From an uncultured beta proteobacterium (GTDB taxonomy: Bacteria > Pseudomonadota > Gammaproteobacteria > Burkholderiales > Gallionellaceae), in NCBI GenBank assembly GCA_963721755.1, contig CAVRKV010000008.1, forward strand, positions 147,453 to 211,452: 64,000 nucleotides of DNA, given 5' to 3'. A model generated the notes under the pieces. The model was not told where the DNA came from. It worked only from the letters and a program-made list of their open reading frames with translations, and did no database searches. Positions 16,871-25,733 of the stretch are shown here, one piece after another (within the stretch, counting starts at the first letter, position 1; every line of letters begins with the position of its first letter). Made by a program: the position numbers and the translations under genes.

Positions 16871-16957
16871 AACACGTTTCTCCCTCCCTGAACGTGTTGT
16901 CTTGACACCCTGTTGAGACGTTCTGCCCCTGATGCCTTTGGCTCAGGGGCATTTTTT
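16871..16957 (+). ncRNA. Candidate small RNA: hairpin with C/U-rich loop plus intrinsic terminator
   Basis: Perfect 8-bp stem AACACGTT/AACGTGTT (16871-16878 / 16891-16898) with the loop TCTCCCTCCCTG. The terminator at 16925-16957 follows. No plausible ORF ends here. The 5' end is unknown. Confidence 0.35.
16925..16957 (+). terminator. Rho-independent terminator
   Basis: Stem GCCCCTGA/TCAGGGGC with a 10-nt loop, followed by ATTTTTT. Confidence 0.7.
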
Positions 16958-17105
16958 CACTGGCGGTGCTGAAGACTTTTCCAAACCGTTAATTCACATA
17001 TTTGTCATGGAACCAAAGGCAAATCGTTTAGTCCGAAACAAGCCCGGTTCGTTTGGGTATAACTTGCAGTTATATTTTATCGATTATTTATTAAGGAGAT
17101 TCAGT

Positions 17106-17219
17106 ATGAACGTCGAAAACAAAGGCAATACCAATGAGCAAGACACCGAGTTCCATGTTGCATTAGGCTGGCTTGCGGCATTGTCTGTATCGATCGCCAG
17201 CTGGGCTGGTCTTTCTTAA
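17106..17219 (+). CDS. Small hypothetical protein (37 aa, C-terminal hydrophobic segment)
   Basis: The ATG is preceded by TAAGGAGA at good spacing. Sequence MNVENKGNTNEQDTEFHVALGWLAALSVSIASWAGLS. The hairpin at 17249-17271 follows. Confidence 0.45.
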   Translation: MNVENKGNTNEQDTEFHVALGWLAALSVSIASWAGLS

Positions 17220-17248
17220 AAGTTATTTCCAGTAACAAATTATGAAAC

Positions 17249-17271
17249 AAGGGGAGGTAAAGCCTCCCCTT
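17249..17271. terminator. Hairpin terminator (possibly bidirectional)
   Basis: AAGGGGAGG-TAAAG-CCTCCCCTT, a 9-bp perfect stem with T/A-rich sequence on both sides. Confidence 0.6.
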
Positions 17272-17484
17272 GTCATTTATTGTTGTAGAAGGCGGGCAGA
17301 AGAGTTTTTGTGTAAACGTTCATTGGGCGGGAAACTGCCTGACATCAAAGGGGAGTGGTCATGATCTCGCACCACATGCCGCTTTACTGCCAGTGCGATC
17401 CGAAGAGCAGTTCAAACTGCACCTTTTCCCCAAAAACAGCGTTGATGCTGCATCGCTCCTGGAAGATGAATTTTCTGAGAAAGT

Positions 17485-17613
17485 TCAACCATACAGGAGG
17501 AAATACAAGATAAGAAGAAACAATGCGGCAAGTAAAGTAACCACGATTTTCATGGTTCGTTCAGTTCGCTTTTTGTAATGAGCAAAAAGTTCTTCATCGA
17601 ATTTATCTTCCAC
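17485..17613 (-). CDS. Possible tail-anchored mini-protein (42 aa)
   Basis: GTG preceded by AAAGGA. Sequence MEDKFDEELFAHYKKRTERTMKIVVTLLAALFLLILYFLLYG has a charged N-terminal half and one TM helix. It is below the ORF-track cutoff; I found it by reading the minus strand. Confidence 0.3.
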   Translation of the reverse strand: MEDKFDEELFAHYKKRTERTMKIVVTLLAALFLLILYFLLYG

Positions 17614-17901
17614 AATAAGTCCTTTCCGTAAATTTTAGTTTTGCCCTGAAGGCTGTTATATAAGAAGCGAAAAACAGATGAAAAGGAATTCCACTGTTTA
17701 TCGTTTTCAATAAGCAGATTTCATGGACTCCGTCTTTCGTTTATAAACCACATGCAAAGCTTTCTTAAAGCTCTGCTGAATGACGAATTCTGGCACATTG
17801 CGGACCGATGTACTTTTCTTTATCAATTCAACAGCCCATTCCGACTCAGGATAAAACCATCCCATCATAGGCGGGGTTTTGTTTTCGTGCCACGCAATGG
17901 A

Positions 17902-19083
17902 TTATTCAGCCAGTTCCTTGTTTGCCGCATCCACCGCGACACCGTGCCTGATCGGCGCTTTCAGGCGGACGAGCACATCGTCCAGTGCGTTGAGGCAGAT
18001 CCGCACGTTGCGCGGGTTGCTGGCGTGTCCCATCAGACCGATGCGCCATACTTTGCCGGCCATCGCACCCAGGCCCGCGCCGATCTCCAGGTGATAGTCG
18101 GACAACAACAGGGCGCGCACCTCGGCTTCGTCCACGCCATCCGGCACCGAGATCGCATTCAGTTGCGGCAGGCGTTCCGCTTCCGGCACGACGAACTTCA
18201 GGCCCATCGCTTCCAGACCCGCGCGCAGCGCGAGGTGATTTTTGTGGTGACGTGCCCAGGCGTTATGCAGACCTTCCTCCTGCAGCATCACCAGCGCCTC
18301 GTGCAAGCCGTACAGCGCGTTGATCGGCGCGGTGTGGTGATAGGCGCGCTTGGTCGCGCCGCCCCAGTAGCCCATCACCAGATTCAGGTCCATGAACCAG
18401 CTCTGCACCCTGGTCTTGCGGTTCTTGATCTTTTCCTGCGCATTCGGGCTGAAGCTGACCGGCGAAAGACCGGGCGTGCACGACAGGCATTTCTGCGTGC
18501 CTGAATAGATCGCATCGATGTTCCACTCGTCCACCTTGACCGGCGTGCCGCCCAGCGAAGTGATCGCGTCGACGATGGTCAGGCAATGGTGTTTGTGCGC
18601 GATCTCGACCAGCGTCTTCGCATCCGATTGGGCGCCGGTGGAAGTTTCCGCGTGGACGAAAGCGACGATTTTTGTATCCGGATTGGCCTTGAGCGCATCC
18701 TCCAGTTTTTGCGGATCGACCGCGCGACCCCAGTCATCCTGAACCATCACCGCGATGCCGCCGCAGCGCTCGACGTTCTCTTTCATGCGTCCGCCGAACA
18801 CGCCGTTCTGGCATACGATGACCTTGTCGCCCGGCTCGACCAGATTGGCGAAGCAGGATTCCATACCCGCGGAACCCGGTGCGGAAACCGGCATGGTCAA
18901 TTCATTATCAGTCTGGAAAGCGAATTTCAGCAGTACTTTCATCTCGTCCATGAAGGACACGAACACCGGATCCAGATGGCCGATGGTCGGGCGCGACAAA
19001 GCTTCGAGTACGCGCGGGCTGACATCGGAAGGGCCGGGTCCCATCAAAATGCGTTGCGGCGGGTGGAACGGTGTTATTGCCAT
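17902..19083 (-). CDS. Class V aminotransferase (serine-glyoxylate / alanine-glyoxylate aminotransferase family)
   Basis: From the ATG at 19083 (preceded by AAGGAGAGG): MAITPFHPPQRILMGPGPSDVSPRVLEAL..., the typical class V N-terminus. Downstream of glcDEF. The ORF-track start at 19197 would overlap glcF. Confidence 0.85.
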   Translation of the reverse strand: MAITPFHPPQRILMGPGPSDVSPRVLEALSRPTIGHLDPVFVSFMDEMKVLLKFAFQTDNELTMPVSAPGSAGMESCFANLVEPGDKVIVCQNGVFGGRMKENVERCGGIAVMVQDDWGRAVDPQKLEDALKANPDTKIVAFVHAETSTGAQSDAKTLVEIAHKHHCLTIVDAITSLGGTPVKVDEWNIDAIYSGTQKCLSCTPGLSPVSFSPNAQEKIKNRKTRVQSWFMDLNLVMGYWGGATKRAYHHTAPINALYGLHEALVMLQEEGLHNAWARHHKNHLALRAGLEAMGLKFVVPEAERLPQLNAISVPDGVDEAEVRALLLSDYHLEIGAGLGAMAGKVWRIGLMGHASNPRNVRICLNALDDVLVRLKAPIRHGVAVDAANKELAE

Positions 19084-19124
19084 GTTATTTCCTCTCCTTG
19101 ATTTGAAATTAATATTATTTGATT

Positions 19125-20336
19125 CTAGCTTTGCCCCAACAACTCTACCCAATGCTTGACCGGCAGTTCGCTTGCGCTGGCCAGATGCATCTGACAACCG
19201 ACATTGGCGGAGACGATCACCTCGGGCTTGCCGTCACATAGCGCGGCCAGCTTGTTCCCCAGCAGTTGCCGGGAAAGTTTGGCTTGCAGCAGCGTATATG
19301 TCCCCGCCGCGCCGCAGCACAGGTGGCTATCCGCGACAGGCGTGAGTTCATAGCCGCAGCGCCGCAGTATCGCTTCCACCGTTCCGCCGAGTTTCTGGCC
19401 GTGCTGCAGGGTGCAGGATGATTGGTAAGCCACACGCATGCCCTGGCCGATATGTTCAAATGAACTCAAGTCTTCACGATTCAATATCTCGCTCAAGTCG
19501 CGTGTCAGTGCGCTGATGCGCGCTGCCTTGTCAGCATATCCGGCATCGTCTTTCAATGCATGGCCATAGTCTTTCACCATCAGTCCGCAGCCGCTGGCGG
19601 TCAAGACGATGGCCTCTGTGCCGCTCTCTACATGAGGCCACCACGCATCGATGTTGCGGCGCATCATAGCTCGCGCGCCTGCGCTGTCGGACAGATGCTG
19701 GTTCAGTGCGCCGCAACAACCGGCGCCCTGTGCGTTGACCAGCGAGATGCCCAGCCGGTCGAGTACGCGCGCTGCGGCGGCATTGGTGTTCGGCGTGCCC
19801 AGCGGCTGGACGCAGCCTTCCAGCACCAGCATGCGCCGCGCGTGGGACGTTACTGGTGCCGCAGCAGCAAGTTGTTTGGCCGGTATTTTTTTCTGTAACT
19901 GTGATGGCAACAGCGGGCGGAACATGCGCGCCAATGACAGTGCAACAGACATGCGCGCGGTGTAGGGGATGACTGCGAGCATGGACTTGCGCAACAGTTT
20001 TTCGGCCAGCGAACGCGGCGCCAGCTCTTCGACCCTCTCGCGCCCGATGTCGATCAGGCGCCCATACTGCACGCCCGACGGGCAGGTGGTTTCGCAGGAA
20101 CGGCAGGTCAGGCAGCGGTCCAGATGCAAGCGGGTCTTGTCGCTGGCCTGGCCGGTCTCCAGCATCTCCTTGATCAGATAGATCCTCCCGCGCGGGCTAT
20201 CCAGTTCCGACCCCAGCAACTGATAGGTCGGACAGGTCGCCGTGCAGAATCCGCAATGCACGCAGGTGCGCAGGATATCGTTTGCTTCCGCGATATCGGG
20301 TGAACTCAGCAGTTGGACAGGAATGGAAGTTTGCAT
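19125..20336 (-). CDS. glcF: Glycolate oxidase iron-sulfur subunit
   Basis: CVHCGFCTATCPTY and CLTCRSCETTCPSG ferredoxin-type clusters, plus C-terminal CCG domains. Confidence 0.9.
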   Translation of the reverse strand: MQTSIPVQLLSSPDIAEANDILRTCVHCGFCTATCPTYQLLGSELDSPRGRIYLIKEMLETGQASDKTRLHLDRCLTCRSCETTCPSGVQYGRLIDIGRERVEELAPRSLAEKLLRKSMLAVIPYTARMSVALSLARMFRPLLPSQLQKKIPAKQLAAAAPVTSHARRMLVLEGCVQPLGTPNTNAAAARVLDRLGISLVNAQGAGCCGALNQHLSDSAGARAMMRRNIDAWWPHVESGTEAIVLTASGCGLMVKDYGHALKDDAGYADKAARISALTRDLSEILNREDLSSFEHIGQGMRVAYQSSCTLQHGQKLGGTVEAILRRCGYELTPVADSHLCCGAAGTYTLLQAKLSRQLLGNKLAALCDGKPEVIVSANVGCQMHLASASELPVKHWVELLGQS

Positions 20337-20349
20337 TTAGAGGCTCCCA

Positions 20350-21429
20350 TTACAGTTCAGTGAACAGACGATTGCGATTGAAAACATTCTTCGGGTCGAA
20401 GCCGGCCTTGAGCCGCTGGTGTATCGCCAGCAGCGGCGTAGATAGTGGCTGGAAAATTTCGTCTGCTTGTGTGCCGCCGCGAAACACGGTGACATGTCCG
20501 CCAGCCGGTGCGACACGATGGCGGATCGCTGCGGCATCTTCATCGCTGTGCAGCCAGCGCTGCGCGCCGCCCCAGTCCAGCAGCCACGAACCTTCGATAG
20601 ACAATGGCGGTGTGTTGGGTTTGACCACGATGCGATACAGCGTACTGCTATGACGGAAGAAGGGCAGCTCATGTTCGCGCAGCGCATGCCAGAATGCTTC
20701 CGCATCCTGCGTCACGTTGCCGGGTATTTTCGTGCGCGCTTCCTGGACCGCCTGCGCGCTGCCGGAGATGCGCACATAGTATTGGTCACCATGATAGCAA
20801 GCGCCATCCACCGGATACGGCTTGCTCAGCAAAGCGCTCATTCTTGCTATCGCATCGGCCTCGCTGCATTCGCGCACTATGGTGATCGTGGCCGCCGGGC
20901 GCGGCAGCACCTTCAGGCTGATCTCGAGCAGGATGCCCAGCGTGCCGTGGGCACCGGCCATCAGCCGCGAGACATCGTAGCCCGCGACATTCTTCATCAC
21001 CTGCCCGCCGAAGCGCAAAATCTCGCCGCGTCCGTTCAGCAACTTGCAGCCCAGCACAAAATCGCGCGCCGATCCGCTATAGGGGCGGCGCGGCCCGGAC
21101 AATCCACAAGCAATCGTGCCGCCCAGCGTGGCGCTGTCACCGAAATGCGGCGGCTCGAACGCCAGCATCTGATTGGCTGAAGCCAGAACGGCTTCGATCT
21201 CCTGAAGAGTGGTGCCGCTGCGCGCCGTCAGCACCAGTTCACGCGGGTCATACTCGACGATGCCGCGATGCATGCTGACATCGATTGGCTGCGCATGCGT
21301 GTCATGGCCGGGACTGGAGTGTCCGAGAAAAGATTTGCTGCCGCCGCCGGCGATGTTCAGTGGCGTGTGATTTGCGATGGCTTGTTGCACCTGTTGCTGT
21401 AGCTGGCTGCTGATGTCTGAATCACGCAT
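20350..21429 (-). CDS. glcE: Glycolate oxidase FAD-binding subunit
   Basis: From the ATG at 21429: MRDSDISSQLQQQVQQAIANHTPLNIAGGGSKSFLG..., an FAD-binding PCMH-type domain of 359 aa. The 570-aa ORF in the track is an Arg-rich upstream read-through that overlaps glcD. Confidence 0.85.
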   Translation of the reverse strand: MRDSDISSQLQQQVQQAIANHTPLNIAGGGSKSFLGHSSPGHDTHAQPIDVSMHRGIVEYDPRELVLTARSGTTLQEIEAVLASANQMLAFEPPHFGDSATLGGTIACGLSGPRRPYSGSARDFVLGCKLLNGRGEILRFGGQVMKNVAGYDVSRLMAGAHGTLGILLEISLKVLPRPAATITIVRECSEADAIARMSALLSKPYPVDGACYHGDQYYVRISGSAQAVQEARTKIPGNVTQDAEAFWHALREHELPFFRHSSTLYRIVVKPNTPPLSIEGSWLLDWGGAQRWLHSDEDAAAIRHRVAPAGGHVTVFRGGTQADEIFQPLSTPLLAIHQRLKAGFDPKNVFNRNRLFTEL

Positions 21430-21437
21430 GGGTGTAT

Positions 21438-22952
21438 CTAGAATCGTTCCAGTTCGGGGTGGGTGAGTTGTCCGTGATGGACATGCATCGCGCCGAATTC
21501 GGCGCAGCGATGCAACGTGGGAACGGCCTTGCCGGGATTGAGCAGGCTGGACGGATCGAATGCGGCCTTGACGGCGTGGAACTGGGTTAATTCCGCGCTG
21601 CGGAATTGCACGCACATCTGGTCGATCTTCTCGATGCCGACGCCGTGTTCGCCGGTGATGGTGCCGCCGACTTCCACGCAGAGCTGCAGAATGCTGCGGC
21701 CGAATTCCTCGGTGCGTTGCAGTTCGCCAGCCTTGTTGGCATCGAACAGGATCAGCGGGTGCATATTGCCGTCCCCGGCGTGGAACACGTTGGCGACCGG
21801 CAAACCGTATTCCGCCGACATTTCGCCGATGCGGCGCAGCACATGCGGCAATTGGCGGCGTGGTATCGTGCCGTCCATGCAGTAATAATCCGGCGAGATG
21901 CGTCCCACGGCTGGGAAGGCCGATTTTCGCCCTTTCCAGAACAGTTGCCGTTCGGCTTCGTCCGCTGCGGTGCGCACTTCGGTCGCGCCGCTGTCGGTCA
22001 ATATCCTGCGCACCAGCATGATGTACTCGGACACTTCGGCGTGCGTGCCGTCCAGCTCGCACAGCAATATCGCCTCGGCATCGCGCGGATAGCCGGCGTG
22101 CACGAAATCCTCCGCGGCCTGGATCGCGAGCTTGTCCATCATTTCGAGACCGGCAGGGATGATGCCGGCGGCGATGATAGAGCCGACCGCCTCGCCCGCC
22201 TTCACCACATCGTCAAAGGCTGCAAGCACGACCTGTGCGCGTTCCGGTTTGGCCAATAATTTCACGGTGACTTCGACGATGATGCCGAGCATGCCCTCGG
22301 AGCCGTTCATCAGCGCCAGCAGGTCATATCCGGGTGAATCCAGAGTCTCAGCACCTATGGTCAGCAGATCGCCTTCCATCGTGACTACTTTCAGCATCAG
22401 AATGTTGTGCACCGTCAGGCCATATTTCAGGCAATGCACGCCGCCGGAGTTTTCCGCGACATTGCCGCCTATTGTGCAGGCGATCTGCGACGAGGGATCG
22501 GGTGCGTAATACATGCCATAGGCAGCCGCCGCTTCGGAGATCGCCAGGTTGCGCACGCCCGGCTGCACGGTCGCCATCGCGTTGTGCGGATCGATGTTCA
22601 GGATGTTCCTGAATTTCGCCAGGCTCAGCAGCACGCCATCCGCCAGCGGCAGTGCGCCGCCGGACAGGCCGGTGCCCGCGCCGCGTGCCACCACCGGCAC
22701 CTGCTGCGCATGGCACAGGCGCATGATGCGCTGCACCTGTTCGATGGTCTCGGGCAGCACCACGGCCATCGGCAGCTGCCGATATACCGCCAGCCCGTCG
22801 CATTCGAACGGGCGCAGGTCTTCGGCATCGACCAGCACGGATTCCGGCGGCAACAGGTTGCGAAGTGCCCTGATCAAGTCAATGTTCAGGGCAATATTAT
22901 TTTGATGCTGCTGCAAGGGGACTCCGGTGACTGGTATGCGGGCGGCTGGCAC
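21438..22952 (-). CDS. glcD: Glycolate oxidase subunit GlcD
   Basis: Collinear with E. coli GlcD over its whole length, for example PDPSSQIACTIGGNVAENSGGVHCLKYGLTVHN and the C-terminal IPTLHRCAEFGAMHVHHG..PELERF. Confidence 0.95.
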   Translation of the reverse strand: MPAARIPVTGVPLQQHQNNIALNIDLIRALRNLLPPESVLVDAEDLRPFECDGLAVYRQLPMAVVLPETIEQVQRIMRLCHAQQVPVVARGAGTGLSGGALPLADGVLLSLAKFRNILNIDPHNAMATVQPGVRNLAISEAAAAYGMYYAPDPSSQIACTIGGNVAENSGGVHCLKYGLTVHNILMLKVVTMEGDLLTIGAETLDSPGYDLLALMNGSEGMLGIIVEVTVKLLAKPERAQVVLAAFDDVVKAGEAVGSIIAAGIIPAGLEMMDKLAIQAAEDFVHAGYPRDAEAILLCELDGTHAEVSEYIMLVRRILTDSGATEVRTAADEAERQLFWKGRKSAFPAVGRISPDYYCMDGTIPRRQLPHVLRRIGEMSAEYGLPVANVFHAGDGNMHPLILFDANKAGELQRTEEFGRSILQLCVEVGGTITGEHGVGIEKIDQMCVQFRSAELTQFHAVKAAFDPSSLLNPGKAVPTLHRCAEFGAMHVHHGQLTHPELERF

Positions 22953-23151
22953 AAAAACAGGAATAGTAAGTTAGTCGAGTATAAAATTCCAGCAGAATGA
23001 GCGGCAAAATTCAAAGCAGGGCAGACAGGATTATGCAACCATTAAGTCTGGCAACACAGCAGTATCTGCTGAAGTCGGGGATGAGCAGCCTCCAGTGGCG
23101 GATATTGCAGAATGTGTGGGGTGAAAACGGCATGAAAGAGCGGACGCGACC

Positions 23152-23880
23152 ATGAAAAATCCTGTATTGCAAATGCAAAACTGGTTGGGCATGCAGGGGC
23201 TTTTCGTACGTGACAGCATGGTTCTGGTCGGGAAAGTTCTCCATGCATTGCCGGCGGTGGTCAAGTGGCCGGTACGAAATGCACTGCTCAAGCAGCTCTA
23301 TTTTACGGGTATTCAATCGGTGGGGCCGATCACGGTCATGGCCTTTCTGGCGGGACTGATCGTGGTGATGCAAGTCAGCAATCTGGTCGGGCGCAACGAA
23401 TTGCTGACGTTGCAAGCGCTGATCTGGACTGTGGTGCGGGAACTGGGACCTTTGCTGACCGCGATTGTGATCGTCGGGCGCAGCAGTTCGGCGATCGCCA
23501 GCGAACTCGCCGCGATGCAGGTGAATGGCGAAATAAAGAGTTTGCGGCGCATGGGCATCTCGCCCGTCGCCTATCTGGTGGTGTCGAGGATGCTGGCGAT
23601 GACGATAACCCTGGTGTTGACTTTTTATTTCCAGGTCATTGCTATCGGTACGGGCATGATCGTAACCGCCTGGCATATTGACGTTTCACTGTTCGGCGAA
23701 GTCGGCCATTTTTTCGAGATGATCAGTTATCCGGAGATATTTGCCGCATCATTGAAAAGCATCTGCTTCGGAATATTGATGTCGGTGGTGCCTTGCTATT
23801 ACGGGCTGACAGTGAAACGCGCCATGACAGAGATCCCGGTAGCCGCGTCACGAGCAAAGATGAGGATGTGCGATGAATAG
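23152..23880 (+). CDS. MlaE-family ABC permease, orphan and apparently C-terminally truncated
   Basis: LIWTVVRELGPLLTAIVIVGRSSSAIASELAAMQVNGEIKSLRRMGISP matches the MlaE core. Compared with E. coli MlaE, the last roughly 25-30 residues (the final TM helix) are replaced by KMRMCDE-stop. No MlaF- or MlaD-like genes are adjacent. Confidence 0.6.
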   Translation: MKNPVLQMQNWLGMQGLFVRDSMVLVGKVLHALPAVVKWPVRNALLKQLYFTGIQSVGPITVMAFLAGLIVVMQVSNLVGRNELLTLQALIWTVVRELGPLLTAIVIVGRSSSAIASELAAMQVNGEIKSLRRMGISPVAYLVVSRMLAMTITLVLTFYFQVIAIGTGMIVTAWHIDVSLFGEVGHFFEMISYPEIFAASLKSICFGILMSVVPCYYGLTVKRAMTEIPVAASRAKMRMCDE

Positions 23881-24475
23881 CTGGGACGAGCGCTACACGC
23901 AGGACGGTTATTTGTTCGGCACCGAGCCGAATGAATTTCTGGTATCGCAGCAGCATTTGCTGAAACCCGGTATGAGCTGCCTCGCGGTGGCGGACGGCGA
24001 GGGATGCAATGGCGTGTGGCTGGCACAGCAGGGGTTGCGCGTGTTGTCGGTCGAGGCATCAGCGGTGGCGCTGGAGAAAGCAAAAAAACTGGCGCAACAG
24101 CGCGGCGTGACGATCGATTTCGAGCAGGCCGATCTCGCGCAATGGCAATGGGGTGAGAAACGTTTTGATATAGTGGCGGCGATCTTCATCCAGTTCGCGC
24201 CGCCTGCGCTGCGCGAGCAGATGTTCGGGGGCATCAAGCGTTGCCTGAAACCGGGCGGGCTATTATTGCTGCAAGGCTACACCCCGCGCCAGCTCGAATT
24301 CAAAACCGGCGGCCCGCCGCTGGCGGAGAATACGTATACGGAAGCACTGTTGCGCAATGCGTTCGGCGAAATGGAGATATTGCATATGCGCGAGCATGAC
24401 GATCACATCGGCGAAGGTACCGCGCACAGAGGCATGTCGGCTTTGATCGATCTGGTGGCGCGCAAAAGCACATGA
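23873..24475 (+). CDS. Class I SAM-dependent methyltransferase (small-molecule type)
   Basis: Motif I LAVADGEGCNGVWLA and a post-I acidic residue. 200 aa. The start overlaps the preceding ORF by 8 nt. Confidence 0.75.
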   Translation: MNSWDERYTQDGYLFGTEPNEFLVSQQHLLKPGMSCLAVADGEGCNGVWLAQQGLRVLSVEASAVALEKAKKLAQQRGVTIDFEQADLAQWQWGEKRFDIVAAIFIQFAPPALREQMFGGIKRCLKPGGLLLLQGYTPRQLEFKTGGPPLAENTYTEALLRNAFGEMEILHMREHDDHIGEGTAHRGMSALIDLVARKST

Positions 24476-24666
24476 TCCAGGCCGAGATCGTTACCGGATG
24501 ATCCAATAAACCTACGTTATTTAGGAAACAGCATGTCCAATATTCCATTGCTAGCGTTCTTCTGAAACCTATCTTCATTAGTGTCATGTTATAAATGCCT
24601 GTAAACTCACCTCTGAATTTCAGGGGTAAGAACGATAAAACAATTGTCACGCAAATCGGAGGAATC

Positions 24667-25170
24667 ATGTTCTTGAAGCGTAAAGGAAAGGCGCTTGCGC
24701 TTTTCGGTCTTTTGCTGGCAGCGGGTTGTTCGTCCATGGGCGGCACGGGTAATTTATTTCCAAGCGCTGGAGATAATCCCATCAAGATCGAATCCGACCC
24801 ATCCGGCGCAGAGGTTTACGTGATGGGTGAAAAGATCGGCGTGACTCCCCTCCACATCAGCCAGAAGGGTGTCTTCCCTAATATTTACCCCAAGGAAAAA
24901 ATATCTCTTTACGGCAGCATAACCATCAAGAAAGCGGGATGTTCCGATTTCACCAGGACGGTCAATGCGGAAATAAGCAGCGCTGGATTACGAGCCAAGC
25001 TCGACTGCGGGAACATGAATCCCGTATCATCCGGGACATCCGGGAATGTTTCCCCGATCAGCGAAACCGTAGAGCAGCGGCTCGACAAAATCAAGGATCT
25101 CCTGAACAAGGGATTGATCACCGAAGAAGAGGCAGCGAAGGCGAGAGAGCGAGTCCTCAAAGATCTTTGA
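24667..25170 (+). CDS. Lipoprotein with PEGA-like and C-terminal SHOCT domains
   Basis: From the ATG at 24667: a signal peptide with a lipobox-like LLAAGC, then IKIESDPSGAEVYVMGEKIGVTPL (PEGA pattern), and the C-terminal RLDKIKDLLNKGLITEEEAAKARERVL (SHOCT pattern). Confidence 0.65.
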   Translation: MFLKRKGKALALFGLLLAAGCSSMGGTGNLFPSAGDNPIKIESDPSGAEVYVMGEKIGVTPLHISQKGVFPNIYPKEKISLYGSITIKKAGCSDFTRTVNAEISSAGLRAKLDCGNMNPVSSGTSGNVSPISETVEQRLDKIKDLLNKGLITEEEAAKARERVLKDL

Positions 25171-25218
25171 TTTCTGCGGTATCCCGCCCACGCATTCGCA
25201 ATTCAAAAATTTGATGAC

Positions 25219-25250
25219 AAAAAAAGAGTCACATTTTTAATATGTGACTC
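25219..25250 (-). terminator. Rho-independent terminator of the 84-aa gene
   Basis: GAGTCACAT-TTTTAAT-ATGTGACTC, a 9-bp perfect stem, followed on the minus strand by a T-run (the plus-strand A-run at 25219-25225). Confidence 0.7.
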
Positions 25251-25280
25251 CCTCGCAGAGGCGAATTTTGGGAAGAGTTT

Positions 25281-25535
25281 TTACCTCTCTCTTTTGGCGG
25301 CTTCTATTGCTTCATGAAGTTCGTGCTCTGCCCGGCGCAGTGCTTCTTCAGCCTTTGCGGCATGGCCTTTCATATCATAATGGTTTGCCGCTTGAGCCCG
25401 TTCCAATTCATGGATAGTGTCAACAATATGATTGTGAGCCTCTTCCAGGTCTTTCCAGTCGTGGAGTCTTTCTGCATAAGCAGAACTGAAAGACAGCATT
25501 GAAACACCCAAAATTACATACAATATCTTTTTCAT
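25281..25535 (-). CDS. Small secreted His/Glu-rich helical protein (84 aa)
   Basis: Signal peptide MKKILYVILGVSMLSFSSAYA followed by a charged, His-rich helical sequence. A terminator lies downstream. Confidence 0.55.
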   Translation of the reverse strand: MKKILYVILGVSMLSFSSAYAERLHDWKDLEEAHNHIVDTIHELERAQAANHYDMKGHAAKAEEALRRAEHELHEAIEAAKRER

Positions 25536-25733
25536 AAAAGCTCCTTTGATCTATATGATAAACAATGCGCCAAATTTGAATCGTTAGCCAAGCCAGACCC
25601 AGAAAAACAAGTGTAATTTTGAGTTATCCTGACTGGAGGGCCAAGAGGCGCTTGTAATCCAGCCTTTTTGACCAGCCGGTCGACATTGCACTCATTCCAG
25701 AATCCGCCACACCTGATGCTGACCAGATTGACG

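Noticed and set aside
17270-17578. 102-aa plus-strand ORF, and the 95-aa ORF at 16932-17219.
   Set aside because: The first starts inside a terminator hairpin and runs antisense to a better-supported mini-ORF. The second begins inside the terminator at 16925-16957, and only its last 37 codons have a ribosome-binding site.
21430-22062. N-terminal 210-aa extension of the glcE ORF (the 570-aa ORF in the track).
   Set aside because: The extension is Arg-rich and overlaps glcD in another frame. The glcE homology starts at the ATG at 21429, 8 nt after the glcD stop.
23011-23676. 221-aa minus-strand ORF upstream of and opposite the MlaE-like gene.
   Set aside because: It has a His/Arg/Gln/Pro-rich composition and lies antisense to a recognisable permease.
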